Source of the DNA: the human T2T-CHM13v2.0 reference genome, Homo sapiens | Assembly: GCF_009914755.1 (NCBI RefSeq) | Contig: NC_060932.1 | Length of the DNA: 64,000 nucleotides | Reading direction: 5' to 3' (one strand) | Shown here: positions 15,187 to 29,520 of the stretch, piece after piece | Layout: every line of letters starts with the position of its first letter | Position numbering within the stretch: position 1 is the first letter of the stretch | The notes under the pieces: generated by a model | Told to the model about the DNA's origin: nothing | Databases searched by the model: none | The model's input: the letters and a program-made list of their open reading frames with translations, nothing else | Translations under genes and position numbers: made by a program

Positions 15187-18100
15187 TTATTTTACGTTCA
15201 AGGCGTACATGTGCAGGTTTGTTACATGGGCAAAATTTCACAGGAGTTTGGTATGCAGATTATTTTATCATTCAGGTAATAAGTGAAGTACCCAATAGGT
15301 AGTTTTTCAATCCTCACCCTCCTCCTACTCTCCACCTTCAAGTAGGCCCCAGTGACTATTGTTCCCTTCTTCGTGTCCATGTGTATTCAATGTTTAGTTC
15401 CCACTTATAAGTGAGAACATGCATTTGCTTTTCTGTTCCTGCATTAATTTTCTTAGGATAATGGCCTCCAGCTCCAACCATGTTGCTGCAAATGACAGGA
15501 TTTTGTTCTTTTTTTTGTGGCTGTGTAGCATTCCATGGTATATATGCACCGCATTTTCTTTCTCTGATCCACTGTTGATGGGCATTTAGATTGATTCCAT
15601 GTCTTTGCTATTGTGAATAGTACTGTGATTAACATATGTGTGCATGTGTCTTTAAGGCAGATATTTATTTTATTTTTGTTTGGGTATATACCCAGTAATG
15701 GGATTGCTGGTCAAATTGTAGTTCTGTTTTAAGTTCTTTGAGGTATCTCCAAACTGCTTTCCCCAGTGGCTGAACTAATTTTCATTCCCATCAACAGTGT
15801 ATAAGCATTCCCTTTTCTCTGCAACCCTGCCAACCTCTGTTATTTTTTGACTTTTTAATGATATCCATTGTGACTGGTATGAGATAGTATTTCATTGTGA
15901 TTTTGATTTGCATTGATTAATGATGTTGAACATTTTTTCATTTGCTTGTTGGTTGCTTATATGTCTTCTTTTGAGAAGTGTCTATTCATGTCCTTTGTTC
16001 ATTTTTAAATGAGGTTGTTTTTTGCTTGTTAATTTGTTTAAATTCCTTATAGATTCTGGATATTAGACCTCTTGGATGCAGAGTTTGCAAATAGTTTTCC
16101 CATCCTGCAGGTTGTCTGTTACTCTGTTGATAGTTTCTTTCACTGTGCAGAAGTTCTTTAATTAGGTCCCATTTGTCAATTTTAGTTGTGGTTACAATTG
16201 CTTTTGGAGTCTTTGTCATGAAATCTTTGTCAGGTCCTATGTGCAGAATGGTATCTCCTAGGTTTTCTTCTAGGGTTTTTATAGTTTTAGGTTTTATACT
16301 TAAGTCTTTAATCCATCTTGAGTTGTTTTTCATATATGGTGAAAGGTATGGGTCCAGTTTCAATCTTCGCATATGGCCAGCCAGCTATCCCAGCACTATT
16401 TATTGAATAGGGAGTTCTTTCCCCATTGCTTGTTTTTGTTGACTTTGTTGAAGATCAGATAGCTGTAGGTATGAGACTTTATTTCTGGGTTCTCTAACCT
16501 GTTCCATTGGTCAGCGTTTCTGTTTTTCTACCAGTACCATGCTGTTTTGGTTGCTGTAGCATTGTAGTATAGTCGGAAGTCAGGTAGTGTGATGCCTCCA
16601 GCTTTGTTTTTTTAGCTTAGGATTTATTGGCTATTCAGACTCTTTTTTGGTTCCATATGAATTTTAGAATAGCTTTTTCAAATTCTGTGAAAAATATTGG
16701 TAGTTTGATAGGAATAGCATTGAATCTATACATTACTTTGGGCAGTATGACCATTTAGACAATACTGATTCTTCCTATCCATGAGCATGGAATGTTTTTC
16801 CATTCATTTGTGTCATCTCTGATTTCTTTCAGCAATGTTTTGTAACTGTTGTTGTAGAGATCTTTCACCTCCCTGGTTAGTTGTATTCCTAGGTATTTTA
16901 TTTTATTTGGCTATTGGGACTGGGATTGTGCTCTTGGCTTGGGTCTTAGCTTGGATGTTGGTGGTGTATAGAAAGGTTACTAATTTTTGTACATTGATTT
17001 TGTATCCTGAAACTTTGCTGAAGTTGTTTATCAGATCTAGGAGCTTTTGGGTAGAGACTATGGGGTTTTCTGGGTATAAAATATTATCTGTGAAGAGAGG
17101 TAGTTTGACTACCTCTTCCTGTTTGGATGCCTTTTATTTGTTTCTTTTGCTTGACTGCCCTGGCTAGGACTTCTAGTACTATGTTTAATAGGAGTGGTAA
17201 GAGTAGGCATCATTGTCTTGTTCCAGTTTTCAGGGGAAATTCTTCCAGCTTTTGCCCATTCAGTTTGATGTTGGCTGTGGATTTGTCATAAATGTCTTTT
17301 ATTATTTTGAGATGTGTTTCTTCAATGCCTAGTTGTTGAAGGTTTTTAACATGAAGTGATGTTGAATTTTATTGAAAGCCTTTTCTGTGTCTACTGTGAT
17401 AATCGTGTTTTTTGTTTTAACTTCTGTTTATGTAATGAATTACATTTATTGATTTGCATATGTTGAAGTAAACTTGCACCCAAGAGATAAAGCCTACTTG
17501 ATTGAGGTGGACTAGCTTTTTGATGTGCTAGTGAATTCAATTTGCTAGGATTTTGTTCCTGATTTGTGTATCTATATTCATCAGGGATAATGGCCAGAAA
17601 TTTTCTTTTCTTGTGTCTCTGCCAGGTTTTGGTATCAGGATGATACTGGCCTCACATAATGAGTTAAGGAGGAGTCCTTCCTCCTTAATTTTTTTGGAAT
17701 ATTTTCAGTAGGATTGGTACCAGCTCTTCTTTATGTGTCTAGTAGAATTTGGCTGTATCCATCTGGACTAGGGCTTTTACTGGTTGGTAGGCTTCTTCTT
17801 ACTGAATCAATTTTGGAACTCATTATTGGTCTGTTCAGGGTTTAAATTTCTTCCTGGTTCAATCTTGAGAAGTCGTGTGTTTCCAGGAATTTTTCCATTT
17901 CTTCCAGATTTTCTAGTCCATGTGCACAGAGGTGTTTATAATAGTCTTTGAGGGTTTTTTGTATTTCTGTTGTATCAGTGGTAATAACCCTTTGTCATTT
18001 ATGATGGTGTTTGGATCTTCATTCTTTTTTATTTGTTAGTCTCACTAGAAGTCGATCACTTTTATCTACTCTTTCAAAGAACCAATTTTTGGTTTCATTT

Positions 18101-19703
18101 ACCTTTTGTATGTTTTCTTTGCATCTCAATTTCATTCAGTTCAGCTCTGATTTTGGTCATTTCTTGTTTTCTGCTAGTTTTGGGGTTGGTTTGCTTTTGT
18201 TCCTCTAGCTCCTCTAGGTGTGATGTTAATTTGTTAATTTGAGATCTTTCCAACGTTTTGATGTGAGCATTTAGCACTATAAACTTTCCTCTTAACACTG
18301 CCTTAGCTGTGTTCCAGAGATTCTGGTATGATGTATCTTTGTTTTCATCAGTTTGAAAATTTTGGAACTCATTATTGGTCTGTTCAAAATTTCAATTTCT
18401 TTCTGATTGAATCTGGGCAAGTTGTATGTTTCCAGAAATTTATCCATTTGTTTTAGATTTCTTCTAGAGTGTGCATGAAAGCACATAGTTTTGACTGTCA
18501 AAGAATTTCTTGATTTCTGCTTTGATTTTATTGTTTACCCAGAAGTTATTCAGGAGCAGGTTAACTTCCATGTAATTGCATGGTTTTGAGAGGTTTTCTT
18601 AGTATTGATTTTTATTTTTATTGTGCTGTGGTCTGAAAGTGTGGTTGGTATGATTTTGGTTTTTTGGAATTTGTTCAGAATTGTTTTATGCAGAGTGTGT
18701 GGTCAATTTTAGGGTATTTGCCATATAAGAATGAGAAGAATGTATATTCTGTTGTTGTTGGGTGGAATGTTCTGTAGATGTTAAGTTTGGGTCTTGAATA
18801 TCTTTTTTTGTTACTTTTCTGCCTCAGTGATGGGTCTAATACTGTCAGTGGGGTGTTGAAGTGGCCCACTGTTATTGTGTGGTTAACTAAGTCTCTTTGT
18901 AGGACTCTAAGAACTTGCCTTGTGAACTGGGTGCTCATGTGTTAAGTGCATACATATTTAGGAAAGTTAAGTCTTCTTATTGAACTGAACACTTTATCTT
19001 TATATCTTTATCTTTATATAATGTCCTTCTTTGTCTTTTTGATTATTCTTGGTTTGAAATCTGTTTTGTCTGAAATTAGAATAGTAAACCTGTTCTTTTT
19101 TGTGTTCCATTTGCTTGGTAGATTTTTCTCCAATCCTTTACTTTGAGCCTGTGGGTGTCATTGCATGTGAGATGAGTCTCTTGAAGACAGCATAGAGCTG
19201 AGTCTTTCTTCTTTATCCAACTTGCCACTCTTTGCCTTTAGTGAGATGTCTAGCCTGTTTACATTCAAGATTAATATTGATATGTGTGGATTTGAACATG
19301 TCATCATGTTGTTAGCTGGTTGTTATGCAGACTTGATTGTGTAGCTGCTTTACAGCGTCAAGGATCTATGTACTTAAGTGTGTTTTTGTGGTGACTGGAA
19401 ATGGTTTTTTATTTCCATGTTTAGTACTTCCTTAAGGGTCTCTTGTAAGACAGGTCTGGTGGTAACAATTTCCCTTAGCATTTACTTGTCTAAAAAGGAT
19501 TTTATTTCTCCTTCACTTATCAATTTAGTTTGGCTGGATATTAAATTTTTGGTTGGAATTTATATTCTTTAAGACTGCTGAATATAGGCCCCTAATTTCT
19601 TCCGGCTTGTAGGGTTTCTGCTGAAAGGTCTGCTGTTAACCTGATGGGTTCCCCTTATAGGTGGCCTGCCCCTTCTCTTTGGCTGCCTTTAAGATTTTTT
19701 TCT

Positions 19704-19837
19704 GATGGCCAGAGATGATGAGCATTTTTTCATGTGTCTGTTGGCTGCATAAATGTCTTCTTTTGAGAAGTGTCTGTTCATATCCTTCGCCCACAAATGT
19801 ACCCTAGAACTTAAAGTATAATAATAATAATAATAAA
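19704..19837 (+). mobile_element. Tiny 5'-inverted young L1PA insertion
   Basis: Antisense ORF2-end piece joined to sense terminus atgtaccctagaacttaaagtataat plus tail; TSD aagatttttttct at 19691 and 19838. Confidence 0.9.
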
Positions 19838-20265
19838 AAGATTTTTTTCTTTTACATTGACTTTGGAGAATCTGATGACTGTGTATCTTGGGGATGGGTG
19901 TCTTGTATAGGATCTCTGAATTTCCTAAATTTGAATGTCAACCTCTCTAGTGAGATTGGGGACATTTTTGTGGACAATATCCTTAAATATGTTTTCTAAG
20001 TTGCTTGCTCTCTCTCCCTCTGTTTCAGGGATGCCAATGAGTTACAGGTTTGGTCTCTTTACATAATACCACATTTCTCAGAGGTTTTGTTCATTCTTTT
20101 AACTTTTTTTCTCTTTATTTTTGTCTGTCTGAATAGATTCAAAGAACTGGTCTTCTAGTTCTGAGATTCTTTCCTTAGCTTGGTGCATTTTGTTGTTAAT
20201 ACTTCTGATTGTATTATGAAATTCTTGTAGTAAGTTTTTCAGCTCTATCAGATTGGTTTGGATAG

Positions 20266-20698
20266 TTTCTTTCTTTCTCTTTCTTTCTTTCTTTCTTTCT
20301 TTCCTTCCTTCCTTCCTTCCTTCCTTCCTTCCTTCTTTCTTTTTCTCTTTCTTTCTCTTTTCTTTTCTTTTCTTTTCTTTTCTTTTCTTTTCTTTTCTTT
20401 TCTTTCTTTTTTTTGTTGAGATGGAGTCTCACTCTGTTGCCCAAGCTGGAGTGCAATGGTGTGATCTCGGCTCACTGCAACCTCTGCCTCCCAGTTCAAG
20501 CAATTCTCCTTCCTCAGCCTCCCGAGTAGCTGGGATTACAGTTGTGTGCCACCACACTCCACTAATTTTTGTATTTTTAGTAGAGATAAGGTTTCACCAT
20601 GTTGGCCAGGCTGGTCTTGAACTCCTGACCTCAAGTGATCAACCTGCCTTGGCCTCCCAAAGTGCTGGGATTACATGCGTGAGCCACCGTGCCTGGCC
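20266..20698 (-). mobile_element. AluS inside the L1, with a long (CTTT/CCTT/CTTTT)n tail
   Basis: Antisense Alu; tail expanded to ~150 bp of polypyrimidine. Confidence 0.95.
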
Positions 20699-21378
20699 AG
20701 TTTGGTTATTTCTTAAAATGACTATTTCATCTTTCAGCTCTTATATAATTTTATTGGATTCCTTAGATTCCTTGGATTGGGTTTTGATTTTATCCTGAAT
20801 CTTGATGATCTTCATTGCTATTCAGTGTCTGAATTCTATGTCTGCCACTTTAGCCATTTCAGCCTGGTTAAGAACCTTTGCTGGGGAGCTAGTATGGTCA
20901 TCTGGAGGTAAGAAGATACTCTGGCTTTCTGAGTTGCCATAGTTCTTGTACTGGTTCTTTCTTATCTCTGTGGGCTGATGTTCCTTTAATCTTTGAAGTT
21001 GCTTTCCTTTGGATGGGTTTTTTTTTTTTTTTTTTTTTGCTTTTATATTCTTTGATGTCCTTCAGAGTTTGACTGTGGTATAAGTTGGGTTTAGTTGACT
21101 GGCCTTATTTCTGGATGATTTTAGGGGGCCAAGGCTCAGTTCGACACTCCTAGGCTTTGTGCTCTAACCTTGGGGGGCTAAGATCTGCCCCACAGGTTTG
21201 CTCTCTTGCCCCTCGAGGTTAAGTGCCTGCTGCATTGGAGGGGCTGAGGAGTGTTCCTGATTTGCTGGCGACCACACTCCAATGGGGTGAGGGAGCATGC
21301 CAGCAAAAGTGCTTCGTTGGGGTGGTGGCAGCAGGATCCGCACTTGTGTGTGCCAGCAGTGGCAGTGTGCATGGCAGC

Positions 21379-22340
21379 ACATAGTTTTGACTATCATAAA
21401 CTATCTAGTGTTTTGCATAATCAAAACACAAAATTAAAGCAACATGGATGGGCATGAAACCTAAATTTTAATACAAACAGAAACAAACATTACCATATTT
21501 CTATTGAATACGTTTCAGGGATGCCAACGAGCCACAGGTTTGGTCTCTTTACATAATCCCATACCCTAAAGGAAAATGAGAATAATCCGAATAACTTCTC
21601 TATCCCATCCTCTGATTAAATATCACTAATGTAAACAGAAAATAACTACTAAGAAACCTTGAAGTGTATTTAGTGAGTTTATTGTTGGTAATGGTATGAG
21701 TATGGCAATTCTGAAACTATCTTGTGTGTGTTGTATGATTGAGCAAAGGAGGAAATAGATTGATGTTTTGGGGAGTTATGTTTCTGACTGTGGAGAAAGG
21801 AGAGAGAATTATGTTATAAGAGAAGCCCTGTAGTAGCGAACTGCAAAGAGCCTATAGGCAACCTTGTCCCAAGAGTGTTCAGAGCTTGGTTTCTAGATAC
21901 TCTCCCCCAGTGAAAGGAACCACTTTGGAGAAATAACTGATTCCAGGACTGAGAAAAGGAAAATACAAGGTAAGCCTGGGACATCTTGTTCCAGAAAGTA
22001 AAAGAACTGTTCAAAAATGGATGAGGTCATGTCAAAAAGGACACAGAGCCAGTCTGAAGTGGTTCCACTGGCCAAATATGGAATAAGTTGAGAATCAAAA
22101 TAAATTATGATAGTAATGTATTATAGTTCATTGAATAAAAATTAAAAATTCATGGATCTAGAGGTAGATAGATAAATAGATATTAATAGTATAGCCTTCC
22201 TTACTGTAGAATGCCAAACAATGAATATAGAAGGATTCCAAATATAGTAAAAATTGACTTAGGCAAGAATCATTACTGGATGCTAAAGTTATTAGGTGGT
22301 GGAACTTTATGGGAAACAAGATATTACACAGTAAAAACTG
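21379..22340 (+). mobile_element. L1MC/L1MD 3' region (host element; continues from ~14690-14792)
   Basis: catagttttgact...ccactggccaaatatggaataag...; catagttt also at 14785. Confidence 0.7.
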
Positions 22341-22409
22341 TGGTATTGGCACACTTGCAAGTCAGTGAGAAATAGGAGAACAATTGGCTGGAACAATTGG
22401 CTATTCATT

Positions 22410-22640
22410 AGGGACCAGGAGCATGGATTCCAGAGCCAAAGTGTCTGGGATAAAATCCTTGGCTATATTGCTTACTTCCTTTGTGACCTTGGGTAAGCTA
22501 CTTAACCTCTCAAAATTCTGTTCCCTCATCTGTAAAACAGGGATAAGCATGCTATGTATTTATGAAAATTTAATTTTACTATTTGTATAATGCAGAAAGG
22601 TGCCCACACACATAAAATACTGTGTAAGTATTAAGTAAAT
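22410..22640 (+). mobile_element. MIR
   Basis: tgtgaccttgggtaagctacttaacctctc...ctcatctgtaaaacagggataa. Confidence 0.85.
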
Positions 22641-22869
22641 ACATTTGGAGAAATAATTATAAAATTTAATCACCGCATCATGCTAAAATTAGTTTCACAT
22701 TAGATTAAAGACAAACAAAAAATAATTTTAGAAGGCATTATGGGAAAGTGTATTTTAATTCTTGTGCAAGATACAAATAATGTAAACCATAAAGGAAAAT
22801 ATCAATAAATTAAATCATACCAAAATTAAGAGTTCAAAGGCATCTGAAGCTTAATTAGTTCAAAGCAAA

Positions 22870-23197
<328 letters not shown>

Positions 23198-23286
23198 TAG
23201 ACTCGTTTGGCATTTTTGATCTCAGAGAATGACACCTTTTCCCATTGAGGCTTTTGTATCTTGCTTATTTTCTTAAAAATAAATTG

Positions 23287-23592
23287 GGCCAGGTGTGGTA
23301 GCTCACGCCTGTAATCTTAGCACTTTGGGAGGCCAAGGTGGGTGGATCACCTGAGATCAGGAGTTCAAGACCAGCCTGGCCAACATGATGAAACCACATA
23401 TCTACTAAAAATGAAAAAATTAGCTGGGCATGGTGGCCAGCGCTTGTAATCTCAGCTACTCAAGAGGCTGAAGCAAGAGAATGGCTTGAACTTGGGAGGC
23501 AGAGGTTGCAGTGAGCTGAGATCGTGCCACTGCACTCCAGCCTGGGTGACAGAGTGAGACTCTGTCTCAAAATCAATCAGTCAATCAATCAA
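23287..23592 (+). mobile_element. AluS with (AATC)n tail
   Basis: Full Alu. Confidence 0.95.
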
Positions 23593-23594
23593 TC

Positions 23595-26120
23595 GTGGAA
23601 ATCATTTTATATCAGTTCATATAGGTTTTCCTTATTGTTTTTAAAAAAAGATGCACAGTATTCTATTGCAAGGATCTATCATTCATGCAATCAATTTTCT
23701 ATATAGGAATTTTTGAGTTGTTTCCAGTATTTTGGCAATTACAAATAATGTCTTAATAAATAACATTTTATGTATTTATTTTCGTATTGTTGAAAGTAAA
23801 CTTCAGGGCAAATTCCCAGAAGTCGGGTTGCTGGGTCAAAGCGTAAAATGTGTATCGAGTTTTGTTAGATGTTGCCAAATTTCAATCCACGGAGATTGCA
23901 TCATTTTGCACACCCATCACCAATATATAAGAGTGCTCATTACCCTACAGAGTATATCATCGTACATACTAATTTTGATCACTTGGATAGATGTGAAATG
24001 TTTTACTCTTTTTCATTTGGATTTAATTATGAATGAGATAGAAGATCTCTTCATAGGTGTAAGGACATTTTGTATCTTTTTAGGGGTGTATTGTCTACAT
24101 CATATATTTTGCCCATTTATCTATAAGGTTTTGGTCCTTCTTTAATCTTGATGTTTACAAGTTATTTACATATTAATGATATTAGTTCTTTATCTGCAAT
24201 GTGTGTTGAAAATATTTTCTCCCAGTTCATCATTTGTCTATGTTTTTGTTTACAGAGTTTTGTGTCATTCAAAAGTTCTTTAAAAATTTTAAAAATTTTT
24301 ATAGAGTTGAGTTCATGAATCTTTTCTTTTATTGTCTCTAGATTTTTAGACATATTTTGAAAGTCTTTCATCACCAGATTTCAAAGGTATTTATCTATGT
24401 TTTCTTCTAATACTTGCATGGCTTCAGTTTTATAATGAGTTTTCTAATCCATTGGGGTTTTCTTTCTTGTGTAGACTGTGAGGATACAATATTATCATCT
24501 ATATGGCTTTTCAATTGTCATAACCTAACATCATTTACTAAAAGTCTATCTTGGTCCCAGTAATTAGAGATGTCAACTTTATCATGCATTATATTTCCAT
24601 ATATACTTGTGTCTTCTAGTCTATTCCACTAAGTAATCTGTCTATTCATGAACTAGTACAATAATCTTGTAATTATAATGGCTTTCTGATATATTTGAGT
24701 ATGACAGAGATTTCTGCCTCCACCTGTCCCTCGATAGCTCTTTATTTTTTTCAGTGTTTTCCCGACTATTCATGCATGTTTATTTTTTTCATATAAATTT
24801 TAGTATTAAATTATCTCATTTTAAGATAATCAAATCTTTTTGGCATTTTTATTGGGGCTTTATTAAATCTGAAAATTAACTTATGGAGTACTGACATTTT
24901 TATGACATTGAGTCATTCTCTACCTATTTGTTTAAGTTCACAAGTTAAGTTTTTGGAAGTGTTTTAACATTTCCCTTATGTAGATTTTAAAATTTTCTTA
25001 AGGCTATTTCTATTGTAATTGCTATTGTAAATGGGATTCACTCTTCCATTGTTTGTGTATATATGATGGATACTCTATTGATTGTTGTATATTCATTTTA
25101 TATCTTGCTATCTTTCTGATTTGTAAATCATGTTTTATTATTGATTCTCTAGATCCATTGAATTTTTATTTTTTTAAATACTAGGTTTTTCTTTTCTAGA
25201 AACTCTTTTTTCTTCCAAATATATACCGTTATTTTAATAATCTTTTATTCTTACTCATATTTTCAATTCTCTCTCTTCTTTAAATATTTTAAACATAACT
25301 TATTGCATGCTTATTAATCGTCTTACCTAAGGTCTTTGTATATATGAGTCTATTGTCTACTTGTTTTATTTCTGCTGGCTATTGCTTACAGTGTCTTACT
25401 TCCTTATGTGGTTTTGTGATTTTTTAAAAAATCATGTATTTGTATATCTTGGAACACTATCCGTGGAATTGTTCAAGGCCTATGTTTAAAGTGAGCTCCT
25501 CTAGAAAGGACTGAATTTGCTTTTGCTAGGTGTTTAGGACCAATATCAACCTGGAACCAATTTAAAATAATTCTTAGCCATGAGCTGTTGAAATTCACAC
25601 ACATCATATGAATTCAGGCTACAAACCTGGATGAAGGCTGTGTTAGGGCTGTACATCTCAGAAGGAAATCTCTCCTCACTTATTTAGCCAGGTCCAAGAT
25701 TAAAAATAAATGAATACATCATTTACTGTTTGCTCTGAGAGCAGGTTTATTTCTGGATCTCACTTTCATGGAAGGTACAACTGTTTACGTTGCCAGCTTT
25801 CTGTAAGGATCTCCTGGAAAAATTCCTCTTTAGGGGGACCTAGCCTTGAGCTTGAGAGGCTGTCACAGCAAAACTCAGTCTCCAGGGTTTGGCAGATGCC
25901 CCAGGACAAAAGCATGCCTGAGTGTTTGTGCACCTTTCTGGATTCCCAGGAGACTTTTATTAATTTTTGACCTTTATGGATTTTTAAAAACTTTCTCACT
26001 AGGTTAACAATACATTTAGAAAGCGCCTATTTAAATATGTTATATAGCTTTTTGGTTGTTTCAGTGGAGAAGTTGTTAAGAGTGTGCAGGCTGTCCTAGT
26101 TTCACCAGACTTGGAAATCT
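23595..26120 (-). mobile_element. Highly diverged L1M (L1ME-like) fragments
   Basis: T-rich antisense ORF2/3' motifs; minus peptide QMMNWEKIFSTHIADKELISLICK. Confidence 0.7.
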
Positions 26121-28259
26121 AAAGTGATTTCTGAAACATCAAATACATTTAATTTAAAATGAATTAAAATTATCATATAGATATCTATTTCTATCATTTT
26201 TCTTCCCTTCTTTTCACAGGTGTTGATAGATATCTATTTTTAAACATGGAAAGATGGTGGTGCAATGGCCAGTGAGTACAAAAAGTTAAAAAATTGTAAA
26301 AAGTATGAGCCCATCCTTAGAAAACATTCATAGAGATTTTTACATAGAGAGGAAATTGTTTTATACAAAAGTGATTATTAACAGTAGCTGCTTGGGAGGT
26401 TGAATTGTGAGTGATTTTTTTTCTTTTGTTTCCCCTTTTGTAATTTTCCATAATAAACATGGATTATTTGGCCGAAAATATAAAAACCTATTTAAAAATC
26501 ATATAAATCTGAATGAAACATTTCAATACGAAGCAGGAATAGTGTTAGTCTTTTTCAATACTATTTCAGTATCTTTTTAAATTCATCAGCTTTGACTTAA
26601 AGTCATATTTTATAGATAAGCTTTTTTTTTTTTTTTTTTTTTTAGCCTGTTGGCAAAATCAGTCTGGGGTAGGCTTCTGTCTTCTGTAGAGCTATCTGAT
26701 TTCCAGAAATGAAAGGCTCTTCCCAATAATGAGGCTGTCAATGGAAAGGGAGCAGAGAATGTGGTTCTCTTTCATTGGAGCCTTCCAAAACATTGCAAGT
26801 AGTTTGAGGAGTTGAAATGGCTTAGATGATGTCTTGCCTGGAAACAGAAAATAGAGATGATCTTGCAAATGCTTTCCAGTGGATGATTCTATTATTTTGT
26901 ATGAGTGTCCCCTGGCTGGAATTAGCTCTTATTTTTTCCACTACCTCATTATAGAAAACTTAACTAACTCCAGATGAAGAATTTCACAGCTTCAACTCTT
27001 TTAGAGTTGATCTTGTTAACGGGTCTTTCTAGAATTGACCAGGTAAAAAAATATACAAAATTTAGTGTGGATACCAAGAAATTATGAACTCTGAAGACAT
27101 CACAACAGCCCCTTTTCTGGGCAAATTTGCAAGAAAATGCCACACCAAAAAGATCAACTGTGTGTAGAAGTGGTTGCTGTTGTACAATAAAAAAGTTTGG
27201 AAAAACAAAAAGAATACTCTTGAGACTCCAGGAAAATTCCACTTGCATACATCATAGAATTATTAAAACAGGAAAGACAGTGTAAGGTCATCCAAATCAA
27301 TTTCTTTCTTTCAGTTAGTCCCCCAGACTTGGTGATGACCAACAGTCATTTTCACTGTGAAGTTTAATTGTACCAATACGTACACTATACTTAATATTTT
27401 GAAAGACAACTTTTTTTTCTAAAACATGATTCAGGTTTAGTAGAATCCCACACCCTCATCAACAGAATTGTTTTCTTCTCCAAGATGTAGTTGTGTTTAG
27501 GTGTTCAATAAAATAACTGAAAGTCCTTCCAGTGTTACAAATGAATATTAATTGGTCCCTAGTAGTAAGTCAACTATGCTACATGTACTCATTCCAAAAA
27601 TCAGACAGATACATTTATTTCGATCGTTGATTTGAAATCTCTTAGTTGAAAGTGCATTTTTGTTCTGTGTAGTAAGGAAAGATTTTTAAATCGTGTTCAA
27701 TTCTATCATCACAGACACTCATAAATTATTTCATTATCACAAGTGCCGACAGATCAAACTTGGCAGGTTCACTTCACAGAGGTTTGGAATGAGCTGAAGG
27801 TTCATCATCATCTATCCTCTAGTTTAAGGCTGAGTCCCTGTGCAGAATACCTCTAAGCAAGGAATATATCTAACCCTTTATGGTCCTGGATCTTCCTCTG
27901 GATTTCTGAATGGAAATGTTTTGTGTTGTTTGAGATATTAAGCCAATTAATTATGCTGCAAGTTGGCCCTCATACTGGTGAGGTAGTGCCTCCTAGGGAC
28001 TGGCTACATCATCACAAATCTCCTTTTTCTTATTTAATTTCTTCATGCCTCCATTTCTTTTTCTAAATGGATGTTACTACATGCTCTTCCTATATTTATA
28101 GGTTTGTGATAAAAATCATGCGTGATAGTTTATTTCAGGAAGCTTTGAAAGTGAAATGGCTATCTCATAAAAATTATTCTTATTATCACTCTTAGAGGCA
28201 AGATTTTCATAAGAAAACCTTCTGAGAAAGTCAGATATGGATGCTTGAGTGGGCATCTT

Positions 28260-28714
<455 letters not shown>

Positions 28715-28729
28715 TTGAGTGAGCATCTT

Positions 28730-29520
<791 letters not shown>

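Noticed and set aside
15394-18938. Reverse transcriptase/endonuclease-like peptides
   Set aside because: Fragmented L1 ORF2 with many stops and frameshifts; not an active element or a novel RT system.
26964-27342. A-rich stretch that looked like decayed coding sequence
   Set aside because: No identifiable homology by eye and no consistent frame.
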